Source: Candidatus Hadarchaeota archaeon
GTDB lineage: Archaea > Hadarchaeota > Hadarchaeia > Hadarchaeales > Hadarchaeaceae
Assembly (NCBI GenBank): GCA_964514965.1
Contig: CAZETV010000001.1
Coordinates: 843,063-875,062, forward strand
DNA: 32,000 bases
Reading direction: 5' to 3'
Positions 1 through 9,100 of this stretch are shown in pieces. The position numbers and the translations under genes are program-made. Numbering within the stretch: the first letter of the stretch is position 1; every line of letters starts with the position of its first letter. Below the pieces are notes generated by a model, which saw only the letters and a list, made by a program, of their open reading frames with translations, was not told the origin of the DNA and did not search any database.

Positions 1-1174
1 CGTTCATAGGCGGCACCCCTGAGATCGCAAGCGCACCTATCATGAAAGCCATCGCGGTCAAGGGCATGTTGTTCCAGAGCCCTCCAAGCTTGTCCATGTT
101 AGAGGTTCCCACCCGGTAGACGATTGTCCCGGCAATCATGAAGAGCATCGTCTTGTAGATAGCGTTGTTGAGCAGGTGGAAGAGCCCACCTTGGATTCCC
201 AGCGTCGTGCCCAGACCTATGCCTAGCAGGATGTAACCGAGTTGGGAGATACCCGAGTATGCGAGCAAACGCTTTAAGTCCCGTTGGACGAGAGCCATGA
301 AAGCTCCAAGTACCATCGAGACTAATCCGAGGCCCGCGAGTATCATCCCCATTCCGAGAATCCCGAAAAGCATGTAGACCACTCGCAACATCGCGTAAAT
401 CCCGACGGTAGCCGTGGCCCCCGAGAAAAGAGCTGCTACAGCCGATGGCGCCGCTTGGTATGCGTCTGGTTGCCACATGTGCAGGGGAACCATCGCAATC
501 TTGATGCCGAAGCCGGTCATGAAGAGACCTAGCGGCACAATCAGGGCTGATGGGACTACCCCTCCAAACTTTTGCATCAGGTCAGCTATGTTGAGGCTAC
601 CCATTTGCCCGTAGAGCAACGCCACGCCAAGCAGGATGAAAGAGGTGCCTAGGGAGCTGACGATCATGTACTTGATGCTTGCCTCGATTGATTGCCAATT
701 TCGCCTGAACGCCACGAGGGCATAGGAGGAGATGCACATGATCTCGAAGAACACGTAGAGGTTGAAGATGTCTCCCGTGAGAGCGACGCCCATCATACCG
801 GCCAGAATGAGCAAGAAAAGGGTGTAATACTGGTCTAGCCCTGTGTCGCGCTCCATGCAAACAAAGGAGTAAATCGCGACGAGTACGCTGATGCTAGCAA
901 CGATGAGCGCTACCAGTAGGTTCAGCCCGTCGATGGCAAGGTTGATTCCCCAAGGGGGCTGCCATCCTCCTAGCTGATAGACGAACATTTGGCCGCCCCA
1001 TACCTCTGGCGCCATGCTCACCAGGACTACTAACTCCGCAAGCACCGCAGCGATCGCAAACCACTCCCGAGCGCGTTTGATACCTCGTCGGCGGGCTAAA
1101 ATTCCAACTACTGGCATCAGGAACGCCGCGAACAACGGGAGCAAGATGGCCAAAATTGGGGCGTGGGGTATCAC
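1..1174 (-). CDS. mrpD: Mrp/Mnh antiporter subunit D / MbhH-like (NuoN/NuoM-family membrane subunit); 3' end cut by window edge
   Basis: Absent from the ORF track because it runs off the window. My minus-strand translation starts at GTG 1174..1172, in a GTGA overlap with the stop of the upstream mrpC ORF, and stays open to position 1. It reads VIPHAPILAILLPLFAAFLMPVVGIL...GGWQPPWGINLAIDGLN...FNLYVFFEIMCISSYALVAF...MVPLHMWQPDAYQAAPSAVAALFSG...LLAYSGISQLGYILLGIG...HLLNNAIYKTMLFMIAGT, which is the conserved core of MrpD/NuoN-type subunits. Track ORFs 99..476, 414..614 and 597..860 are off-frame shadows of this gene. Confidence 0.9.
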   Translation of the reverse strand, partial: MIPHAPILAILLPLFAAFLMPVVGILARRRGIKRAREWFAIAAVLAELVVLVSMAPEVWGGQMFVYQLGGWQPPWGINLAIDGLNLLVALIVASISVLVAIYSFVCMERDTGLDQYYTLFLLILAGMMGVALTGDIFNLYVFFEIMCISSYALVAFRRNWQSIEASIKYMIVSSLGTSFILLGVALLYGQMGSLNIADLMQKFGGVVPSALIVPLGLFMTGFGIKIAMVPLHMWQPDAYQAAPSAVAALFSGATATVGIYAMLRVVYMLFGILGMGMILAGLGLVSMVLGAFMALVQRDLKRLLAYSGISQLGYILLGIGLGTTLGIQGGLFHLLNNAIYKTMLFMIAGTIVYRVGTSNMDKLGGLWNNMPLTAMAFMIGALAISGVPPMN

Positions 1175-1530
1175 TCCTTCAACCTCCTGAGTTTAGATGG
1201 GTCAAGCGTGCCGTAGTGGCGGTAGGCGTAGATGGCTAGCGAGAGAGCCAGCGCGAGGATGCAGATATTGATGACGATCGAAGTTAGCACGAGTGCTTGG
1301 GGGACAGGGTCGACGGCGTGGGCGGCAAATCCAGGGAGGTTTGAAAACATATTCCCGCTAACGATTGGAGCCGTGCCTCCTAGGCGATATCCAAGGCTTA
1401 TCAGGAATAGGTGGATACCATCGGTCAGCACGGAGAGGCCGATGATGATTTTAATCAGGTTTCGCTTGAGCAACAAACAGTAAATCCCGAGCGCCACGAG
1501 CGACATAGCCATAATATAATTGAGTTCCAA
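1171..1530 (-). CDS. mrpC: Mrp antiporter subunit C / MbhG-like (NuoK-like)
   Basis: 119 aa with three TM helices. The sequence MELNYIMAMSLVALGIYCLLLKRNLIKIIIGLSVL...PQALVLTSIVINICILALALSLAIY is typical of MnhC/NuoK. The gene sits between the mrpB-like and mrpD-like genes, with a 4-nt overlap onto mrpD. Confidence 0.88.
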   Translation of the reverse strand: MELNYIMAMSLVALGIYCLLLKRNLIKIIIGLSVLTDGIHLFLISLGYRLGGTAPIVSGNMFSNLPGFAAHAVDPVPQALVLTSIVINICILALALSLAIYAYRHYGTLDPSKLRRLKE

Positions 1531-1548
1531 CTTTACACCCCTGTAAAT

Positions 1549-1986
1549 CTACTCATTTTTATCCTCCCTGAAAGCGAACAACATCGCGTAGAAAATCAGG
1601 ATGATGCCCGCCGTGACTTTTATTCCGACGCCTATGTAGAGCAGGGGCAGGTTGCCGGCACTAAATAGCTGCCCGAGACTTCCGAGCGGGAACACGTTTT
1701 GAAGGAAGAAGGTGCCGAGTAGGAGGCCGAACAACCCGAGAACTACTATCGTTATCCCGCCGATACTTTCAAGCACCTCGGCTTGCAGGAGGCCCATTCT
1801 TTTCTGTGTTCGTTCGACGCCGTAGGCTAGGAGTAGCATCACCACCGAGGCGGCGATGATTACACCACCCGGGAACCCCCCTCCGGGAGTCAGGTGGCCG
1901 TGCAGTACGATGTAGGCGCCGAAGAGAAAAGTGAACGGGAAGAGAAGCCTCGTGATTGTTCGAACGATTACCGTCATTCCAGCCAT
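1549..1986 (-). CDS. mrpB: Mrp antiporter subunit B / MbhF-like
   Basis: 145 aa polytopic membrane protein carrying the MnhB hallmark HGHLTPGGGFPGGVIIAASVV. Its operon position fits. Confidence 0.85.
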   Translation of the reverse strand: MAGMTVIVRTITRLLFPFTFLFGAYIVLHGHLTPGGGFPGGVIIAASVVMLLLAYGVERTQKRMGLLQAEVLESIGGITIVVLGLFGLLLGTFFLQNVFPLGSLGQLFSAGNLPLLYIGVGIKVTAGIILIFYAMLFAFREDKNE

Positions 1987-2285
1987 TACTCCTGCCTCCT
2001 AAATGCCCTGAACACCATTACCACTCCCACGACAGCCGTGAAGAGCACCGTTGCCTCTCCTAGGGTGTCGTAGCCTCTATAACCCCACACGACGCCCGTC
2101 ACCACATTTGCCGCCCCTGTCTGCTGGGGACCGTTATTCAAAATATGCTGGCCGATGCTGTTATCGACATTTTCCCCGATTTGACGGGCGGGGAATGAGC
2201 CGAACGGCAACATGGTCAAGCTGACGGTGGTAATTAATAGCACGCCAATCGCCGCAGCCATCCCGAATGCCAGCGCCCGTCGCAT
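1986..2285 (-). CDS. MnhB-related small subunit (MbhE-like)
   Basis: 99 aa. The motif [28 protein letters not shown] matches the [10 protein letters not shown] signature of the MnhB-related/MbhE family. Start and stop abut the neighbouring genes. Confidence 0.75.
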   Translation of the reverse strand: MRRALAFGMAAAIGVLLITTVSLTMLPFGSFPARQIGENVDNSIGQHILNNGPQQTGAANVVTGVVWGYRGYDTLGEATVLFTAVVGVVMVFRAFRRQE

Positions 2286-2286
2286 C

Positions 2287-2532
2287 TCACTCTTGCCTCC
2301 TTGTGCGGCTTATCGCGATGACGAAGAGTACGGTCGCCACACCCGCTCCCACGGCCGCTTGGGTGATTGCGATATCCGGGGCCTGAAGCATAAAGAAGAT
2401 AACCGCGAGGGTGATGCTTGCTCCGGCTAGCATGATCACCGAGTGTAGCAGGTCTTTGAGTTCAATCGCGATAAGGCAGAGCACGAACAGGAACACGAGC
2501 AGGGCATTTTGAATCAGTAACTCAAGACTCAC
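2287..2532 (-). CDS. DUF4040 / MrpA C-terminal-like small subunit (MbhD-like)
   Basis: 81 aa with three TM helices. The segment [25 protein letters not shown] resembles the APDVALTEAAVGAG motif of DUF4040. There is a 4-nt overlap with mrpG. Confidence 0.72.
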   Translation of the reverse strand: MSLELLIQNALLVFLFVLCLIAIELKDLLHSVIMLAGASITLAVIFFMLQAPDIAITQAAVGAGVATVLFVIAISRTRRQE

Positions 2533-2855
2533 GGTTTTTCCTCCTTGAGCTTGTCGACCACACTGCGGCGCCAGAGCTTGACGCCGGACTTGTGGGCGGC
2601 CCGAGCTATCGCATGGGCGCTCACTGGGTTGGTGAGAAAGAGAAACATGGCGATGATAAGCACTTTTAGTGTGTACGAGCTGAACCCCTCGAACACACTC
2701 GCGCCTATAAGAGTTACAATCACCCCACCGACCACGACGACGGTGTTCGCGTGGATTCGATTATAAACGTCGGGGAAGCGTACGATTCCTATCGCCCCGA
2801 TGAGAGCACAAGCAGCACCTATCCCGAGCAGGATGTATGCCACTAGCTCAATCAT
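2529..2855 (-). CDS. mrpG: Mrp antiporter subunit G / MbhC-like
   Basis: 108 aa. GAIGIVRFPDVYNRIHANTVVVVGG...NPVSAHAIARAA is the canonical MnhG signature (RxPDxYxRxH ... PxxxHxxxRAA). Confidence 0.88.
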   Translation of the reverse strand: MIELVAYILLGIGAACALIGAIGIVRFPDVYNRIHANTVVVVGGVIVTLIGASVFEGFSSYTLKVLIIAMFLFLTNPVSAHAIARAAHKSGVKLWRRSVVDKLKEEKP

Positions 2856-3145
2856 GTCTCGATCCCCCTGCCTTCAAGATATTTTGCGATTGCAAGCGTT
2901 CCCAAGAAAGCGATGAAGGCGTAAACCAAGGCAACGTCGAGGTAGATCGGCGCGTGGTAGTAAACGCTCAGCAGCACCAAGGCACAGACCATTAGCGCGA
3001 CCAAGGCATCGATTGCAACGACCCGGTCGGGGGCAGTGGGGCCCAGCGCGGCTCGGACAGCACAGATGAGGCATGCGCAGAAGATGAGAACGAGCACCTC
3101 TAGAATCATCTGAATATCCTCCTGAGGAAGCGTTCGAAGGGCCAA
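2852..3145 (-). CDS. mrpF: Mrp antiporter subunit F / MbhB-like
   Basis: A small three-TM protein (GPTAPDRVVAIDALVALMV... is MnhF-like). The true start is probably the internal ATG at 3109..3107, which forms an ATGA overlap with the mrpE stop at 3108..3106. That would give about 85 aa. Confidence 0.82.
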   Translation of the reverse strand: MALRTLPQEDIQMILEVLVLIFCACLICAVRAALGPTAPDRVVAIDALVALMVCALVLLSVYYHAPIYLDVALVYAFIAFLGTLAIAKYLEGRGIET

Positions 3146-3645
3146 GCTATCTGTTTGTTGGTTTGCTCGGGTTCGACCGTTTTGACATTGATCCAGTGCA
3201 CGTATATGGAAGGTTTCTCTTCATCGACCTCCACGCTGAGCGTGCCCGGGGTCATAGTGATCGCGTTGGCTAATCCGGTGATGCCGAAGTCGCTCCGGAG
3301 TTTGGTCGGTACTTGCACGATGCCGGGTTTAATTGGCATTCGAGGGTGTAAGATGAAATAAATGACGCTCGCATGCGCCTTCAGCTCGGTCCAGATGTAT
3401 GCGGGCAAGTAGGCGAGAGCGTAGCCCCATCGCTTGGGTTCAAATTTTTCACGCATCCCACCGCGGAAAAGGAGCTTGTAAGAAATTACGGCCACGAAGG
3501 CAGCGACGATTGCTCCAACTCCGAGCTCTTGAAAATTGAGTGAACCAGTTAGGGCAATCCACGCTAGCCACAGGCAGATGAACGCAACGAACAAACTTTC
3601 TTTAGCCATTAATATCGCTTCGTTGCCCCATGATGCTGGGCCCAA
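3106..3645 (-). CDS. mrpE: Mrp antiporter subunit E / MbhA-like
   Basis: Two N-terminal TM helices followed by a soluble domain (HPRMPIKPGIVQVPTKLRSDFGITGLANAITMTPGTLSVEVD), as in MnhE. It is the first gene of the operon. The likely start is the second ATG at 3609 (MAKESLFVAF...). Confidence 0.8.
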   Translation of the reverse strand: MGPASWGNEAILMAKESLFVAFICLWLAWIALTGSLNFQELGVGAIVAAFVAVISYKLLFRGGMREKFEPKRWGYALAYLPAYIWTELKAHASVIYFILHPRMPIKPGIVQVPTKLRSDFGITGLANAITMTPGTLSVEVDEEKPSIYVHWINVKTVEPEQTNKQIAWPFERFLRRIFR

Positions 3646-3980
3646 CTTTTTTTCTTGTCTTCATATTTACTCCATTTTCCGTAGTTTCCTATTCCTTTAA
3701 TTTTTACGTTTATATATCATTTATTTTTATCTCACTTTTTGTGTTTTCTTTAATTGTAACAAAATTTGATGGGTTGGAATGATTTTAGCGCTCTCCAAAA
3801 TTTCACTCTTTTAAAATAACCTTCACCCAAAGAATCGGCGGGCAAATTGAACATTTTGGCCGTGTCCACGCTTGTCGTGATTTGGCAAATCGACTTGCCC
3901 TTATTCGAGCGCTATCGTTGCACGCAGGCAGTCTCGTTGGCGTTTTCCAGCGGATTTACAAATGGTAGCATGGGAAACTC

Positions 3981-5960
3981 ATGAGAGAGTTTGCTTCACT
4001 CTTGCTCGTGCTGGCGGTGCTGCTTCTGGCGGTAGTTCCGGTCAGAGCCAGTCCGTATGTTTTCACCGACAATAGCTTCAGCTCGCCTGGAGGGCTGGAT
4101 GATGTCGAGGTTGTTGCTGGTAATGTAAGATTGGAGATTACTCCCGAAAACTGGACGCAAACAACAAAGGCTGATTTTGAGAAATGGCAGAATTACGAGA
4201 ATGTAAAAGTTGTTGATTTGGGTTATGTAAAACTTGAGGGCACTGGCGAAGGATGGTCAACCTTAGAAAATGCACCCTACAGCAGTAGATATTGCATAGC
4301 GACGGCTGGTGCTGGAGACTACATTTTCATTCTTAGGGGCTACTGGTCCGGCGTCGAGGTCGGGATAGGGAGATACAATACTGCAACCAAGAGATGGGAG
4401 AAGTGGAGCGAGCCAACGATTGAGTGGCAAGAGAAGAAGCACTACTTTAAAAATGGTTGCTCGATGGCTTGGGACAATGGCGGCTATGTTTACGTGCTTG
4501 CGGGAGGCAGCTACAACGATACACTCGACCCATCCAATCCCACCGCGAATGAGCCCCGCTACGGTTTCTGGCGCTTTTCGGTCGGAAATCCATCCAGTTG
4601 GGAGCGACTCGAGAACACACCATGGCACCAAGGCCCGGGAAACGCTTTAGTTTGGGCAAGGGCCGGCGGCGAGGATTACATCTATGCGTGGATTGGCACC
4701 ACGAGCAAAAATCGCGGGCTCGGTTGTGGGGCAAAATTTTATCGCTATAGCATTCACAGCGGACACTGGGATTCAAACCCGATAACAGAGATAGAGAAGC
4801 TGTATCATGATAACGAGGTTTTGCCGCCCTACGGTGCCGACGATGGCTCAAGCTTGGTTTGGACTGGCGGGGATTACATCTATTTTCTCCCGGGCGCCTA
4901 TGCCGAGAATCTGCCTCCCAACAAGGAGCGCTATTTTGCACGTTTCGTGATTTCGGAGGATAGATGGGAAAATCTAGAGATGTTGCCCCACAACGAGAAC
5001 CCGGGCACAGCAGAGAGCGATGGTGTAGACGATGGTGGCTCGATGGTTTGGGCCGGCGGCGATTATCTCTACGTTTTGAAGGGCGGCGATGGAAACGGCG
5101 ATAATGAGGCGGAAAATTTCTGGCGTTACAGCATCAGCTCGGGCTCGTGGGAGGTGCTGGCTGGGGTCCCGCTTGGGCCGTCGAGGAACAACGGCACGAG
5201 GCTAGGTTATGCTGGCGAGAACGTGTATTACTGGCACGCCAATTCGACTGGGTTCTGGGCATACGCGCCGCCGAGGTATAAGAGGGGCGGTTATTTTACA
5301 TCGAGTGTTTTTGATGCTGGTGTGAACTCCACTTGGCAACGGATGAGCTTTGAGTTTGGTGCAAGTAACGGGGCGACGCTTCGGGTTTGGACACGGTCTA
5401 GTTCAGACAACGTGAAGTGGTCGGATTGGGTGGAAAATCAAAGCGGGGACTTACTGCTGTGGGAGAACCGCTACCTCCAGTACCGCGTGGAGTTCTCGAC
5501 CGCCGATGAATATACAACACCCATACTGCACGAGATGCGCATCGCCTATGTTAAGAAAATTTGGAGGGCTGGCACTTTCACGAGCCAGCCCCTCGAGCTC
5601 GGCCACGTTGAGAACTGGGGCGAGCTGAGCTGGGAGGCGACGCTACCGGAGAACGCCTCGATATCGTTCGCCACCCGAAGCTCGGCGGATGGCTCGACTT
5701 GGTCGGAGTGGGCCGATCTTGACTCGAACGCGATTCAAAGTCCGACCAACGGCCGACAGTTCCTGCAGGTCCGGGCAATTCTGATGGGCTTGGGCGCGAC
5801 AACCCCAACCTTGCGGAGCTACAGCGTCTCCTACACCCCCGATTTAACGCCGCCGGTTCAACTGATTTGGCAAGTGGCGCTGGTCGTAGCGGCTGGCGCG
5901 GCTGGAGTTGCGGTGGCTGGCGTGGTTCGGGCACTCTCAAAGGGGGCTCGTAACGCCTAA
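3981..5960 (+). CDS. Secreted, C-terminally membrane-anchored surface protein with a Kelch-like six-bladed beta-propeller and two tandem beta-sandwich domains
   Basis: N-terminal signal peptide (MREFASLLLVLAVLLLAVVPVRASP). Six spaced blade motifs are present: AGDYIFIL, GGYVYVLAGG, GEDYIYAW, GGDYIYFLPG, GGDYLYVLKGG, GENVYYW. Two similar C-terminal modules follow (VKWSDWVE...RYLQYRVEFSTADEYTTPILHEMRIAY and STWSEWADL...RQFLQVRAILMGLGATTPTLRSYSVSY). The protein ends in a TM helix with a basic tail (LIWQVALVVAAGAAGVAVAGVVRALSKGARNA). Confidence 0.7.
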   Translation: MREFASLLLVLAVLLLAVVPVRASPYVFTDNSFSSPGGLDDVEVVAGNVRLEITPENWTQTTKADFEKWQNYENVKVVDLGYVKLEGTGEGWSTLENAPYSSRYCIATAGAGDYIFILRGYWSGVEVGIGRYNTATKRWEKWSEPTIEWQEKKHYFKNGCSMAWDNGGYVYVLAGGSYNDTLDPSNPTANEPRYGFWRFSVGNPSSWERLENTPWHQGPGNALVWARAGGEDYIYAWIGTTSKNRGLGCGAKFYRYSIHSGHWDSNPITEIEKLYHDNEVLPPYGADDGSSLVWTGGDYIYFLPGAYAENLPPNKERYFARFVISEDRWENLEMLPHNENPGTAESDGVDDGGSMVWAGGDYLYVLKGGDGNGDNEAENFWRYSISSGSWEVLAGVPLGPSRNNGTRLGYAGENVYYWHANSTGFWAYAPPRYKRGGYFTSSVFDAGVNSTWQRMSFEFGASNGATLRVWTRSSSDNVKWSDWVENQSGDLLLWENRYLQYRVEFSTADEYTTPILHEMRIAYVKKIWRAGTFTSQPLELGHVENWGELSWEATLPENASISFATRSSADGSTWSEWADLDSNAIQSPTNGRQFLQVRAILMGLGATTPTLRSYSVSYTPDLTPPVQLIWQVALVVAAGAAGVAVAGVVRALSKGARNA

Positions 5961-6177
5961 GGGGACAGAGATAACGCTCGGATTAAGGTGCAAGGCGCAG
6001 ACAGGACGAAAGCAATCTGGGGCTTTACACGTCAATCGTCGATTGTGGTATTAACGTTCAACGTAGTAATTGGGGGTATTTAAAGCTTTTTCTTCAAAGT
6101 TGGGGAATTTTTAAGGCTAGAAACGCTTAAATAGGGGGTCATAAAGAGTTCAGCCGAATAAAAAAGGAGTTGAATAA

Positions 6178-9100
6178 GTGAAAGGCAAACTAGCATTAGC
6201 AATTGCAGCCTTAATGGTAACTTCAATGGCACTTTCGATATCGACAACTACCGTTACAGCTGGTGTGGGTGATAGCATGTCGCCCACATACGCAAGAGCG
6301 AACACTAGGGTCATGTTTACTGTTACCGTAACGAACGACTCGGCGACCGATAGCATCGACAACATTCGGATTATCTCTTCGGATGCTGGCTTCATTCAAG
6401 CGATCGGCGGTGCGGAAAATGCTGAGAACCTGAAGCTCGCGGCGGACAACATGGAGAATGCGGTTGCATTCTTGAGTCAAGCAGGTGAGAACCTGAAGCT
6501 CGCGGGTGACAACAAGGCAGCAGCTGGCCAAGCACTGATAGATGCGGCGGCTGAGCTTGTTACTGCCACAAATAAATTCGTATTACTGGGATGGGATAAC
6601 ATACCAAGTCTAGTCGATCAGGCAGCTACTTATCTAGATTACGCTGCTACTGACATGGCAGCGGCATCTGAGAACTTCACGAACATAGCTGCCAACCTGG
6701 AAAATGCGTGGTATTATCTAAATCTGGCGGGCGGCAACGACAAAGGCGGGAGCCTAGAGAACCTAGACAACTACAATTTAAACGCGGCTGAAAACTTCGA
6801 CAATGCAGCAGCTTGGTTGGACAATGTAGGTGGTGCTCTAGAGAATGGATCTTTGCGGAACGCAGGTGACAACCTAGTGATAGCAGGTATCTACTTGGAG
6901 AACGCAGGCAAAACAGGTGGTTTAGCGGATAATAACACGGCGTTGGGCACAGCTATAGAAACGGCAGGTTTGAAACTCCAACTTGCAGGAAACAACCTGA
7001 TAGATGCAGCTGACTACGAAAACAATGCGGGTCTCAACCTCGTATCCGTTAAAGACTACTTGCTGAGTTCTGGTAGCTTAATCAGATTAGCCAATCCCAA
7101 CCTTGACGCAGCTGGTGACAATCTAGAGAATGCAGCCCTTCAGATAGGTTATGCAGCCGATAACATGGAGGACATAGATGATAACATTCTCAAAGCCGGT
7201 GAAAACCTATCCGTGGCGGCTACATACTTGTCTAATGCAGCTACTCAACTCGGTGCTGCTTTAGGCGGTGACGAGCTGGGCGATGCCATGGATCATGAGA
7301 ACACTGCAGCTGATAGCTTGAACGTTGAAACTGTGGATTTGGGCACAGCAGGTCAAGAGCTAGTAAATGCAGCTGACGACCTCAGTGCGGCTGCCACCAC
7401 GCTCTTGGCAACAGCGAATTCTCTAACGCCAGTTACTTGGACTATGACTGCCGGATCAGGCTATGTGCAGTTCAACTCAATTGACGATAACACCATAGCG
7501 GCTGGCGGCAATGAGACCTTCGTCTTCCTCTGGACGACTCCAAGCGATGACGAATACACGATGACCATAGCCAGCAACAAGGTAGACGGCGGGGACGCGA
7601 ACTGGATAGTACAAGACACCATAACGGTAACTATCGACGGCACATATCCAACTTTGACGATAGAGGTCACGCAGACAGGTGTAGTAGACAAGAATGACGA
7701 TGCTGTTATCAACGTGGTGGGCACTGCCCTTAACAATGCGCAAGCGACGATTACAATAACCGCGAGCGAGACGCTTCAGTCCATCGGCACCGTGACCGTG
7801 GAGAACTCAGGCGGTAGTAAGGATAACTTTGTGCCACCTATTACGCTGACTACGACCGATAATATTGTCTACACTGGTACCTTCACCGTAGGATCTTGGG
7901 ACGACAACGTGCCAGTGGTGAAGGTAGCAAGCGCCACGGACCTAGCGGGTCTCGAGAACACAGCTGGCATGGAAGGCGCATTCACCGTCGACACACGAGC
8001 ACCAGTCTTTGTGGACAACGGCTTGTCAACTCTTGTCGCGGGCATGATCGCGACGAATGTTACACAGGCCGGAACCGGTACGACATTTGCTTACGTGGAC
8101 AACAAGACCGCCCAATCTATCACTATACGTGTGGCGGACAACGTTAGCGACGTGGACAATGGCGCGTATGTGATTAACGTTACAGTCAACACCACCTCGG
8201 CGACTAGGAGCGCAGTGGTGGAGAACCTCTGGAGCGTGGACCCGTTAACGTTGAACGAGGGTCTGACCTCCGTGTTGACAGTAACGGCGACCGACCGCAC
8301 GGGCAATACGGTGAGCGACAACGTTGAGAATATCTTCATCGACACAGTGGTGCCATCGGTCAGTTTTAGCACCATTGCCGGCAAAACTTGGGAGGAGAAC
8401 GCAGAACTCATTAACGATTCCACCCCGACCATAGTGCTATCGATAACCGACGCGGGCTTGGGAGTAGCGTATGAGAATCTCCGCGTCGTTTTGGACGACA
8501 ACGACAATATCGATGGTCTCCCAATCTGGGGCGATAACCTCGACAACGCTAGTCCGTACGTGTGGAGCGTGACTACAGGCGCGACCTTTGAGAACATCGT
8601 CATCTACGAAAACGGCGAATCGTTATCCGACGGTACCTACTGGATAGGTGTGGTCGCGAGCGACAACATCGCGCACGACGGTGTAGAGAAGGTGGTTCTC
8701 TACCGCTCGTTCACGGTTGACGCCACGGCACCATCCGTTCCAACACCAGTAACAGGAGAGAACCCGCTCGCTAGCACGACTGTGATTAACCCGCTTGTAC
8801 AGAAGTCAACAACGCTTACCTTGGTTGGTACCAGCGCAGAAGTTGAGGCGACCGTCAAGGTCTACCTAAACGATGCAACGACGGCGGCAGCTACGTCAAC
8901 TGTTGATTCCGCGGGAAGGTGGACAGTTGGCATCCCGCTGACGGCTGGGCAAGTCACCAAGGTGGACGTTACATTGACTGATATTGCAGGCAACGAAGGG
9001 GCTAGATATCTCTACGGCTACGCAATGGCGGATGGTAATGCTCCGGAGGTGACTCTGGCCACGCCGCCTGAGACGACGGACAAGAGTAGCATCACCATCA

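Noticed and set aside
99-860. Track ORFs 99..476(-), 414..614(+) and 597..860(-)
   Set aside because: Their translations are Arg/His/Pro-rich with no family resemblance. The whole interval is covered in another minus-strand frame by an uninterrupted MrpD/NuoN-like reading frame.
4263-5940. Antisense or off-frame ORFs inside the Kelch-like gene (4263..4631-, 4447..4941-, 4420..4650+, 5578..5940-)
   Set aside because: They are low-complexity R/P/S-rich translations typical of shadow frames in a GC-richer gene, and are fully contained in a 659-aa ORF with clear domain structure.
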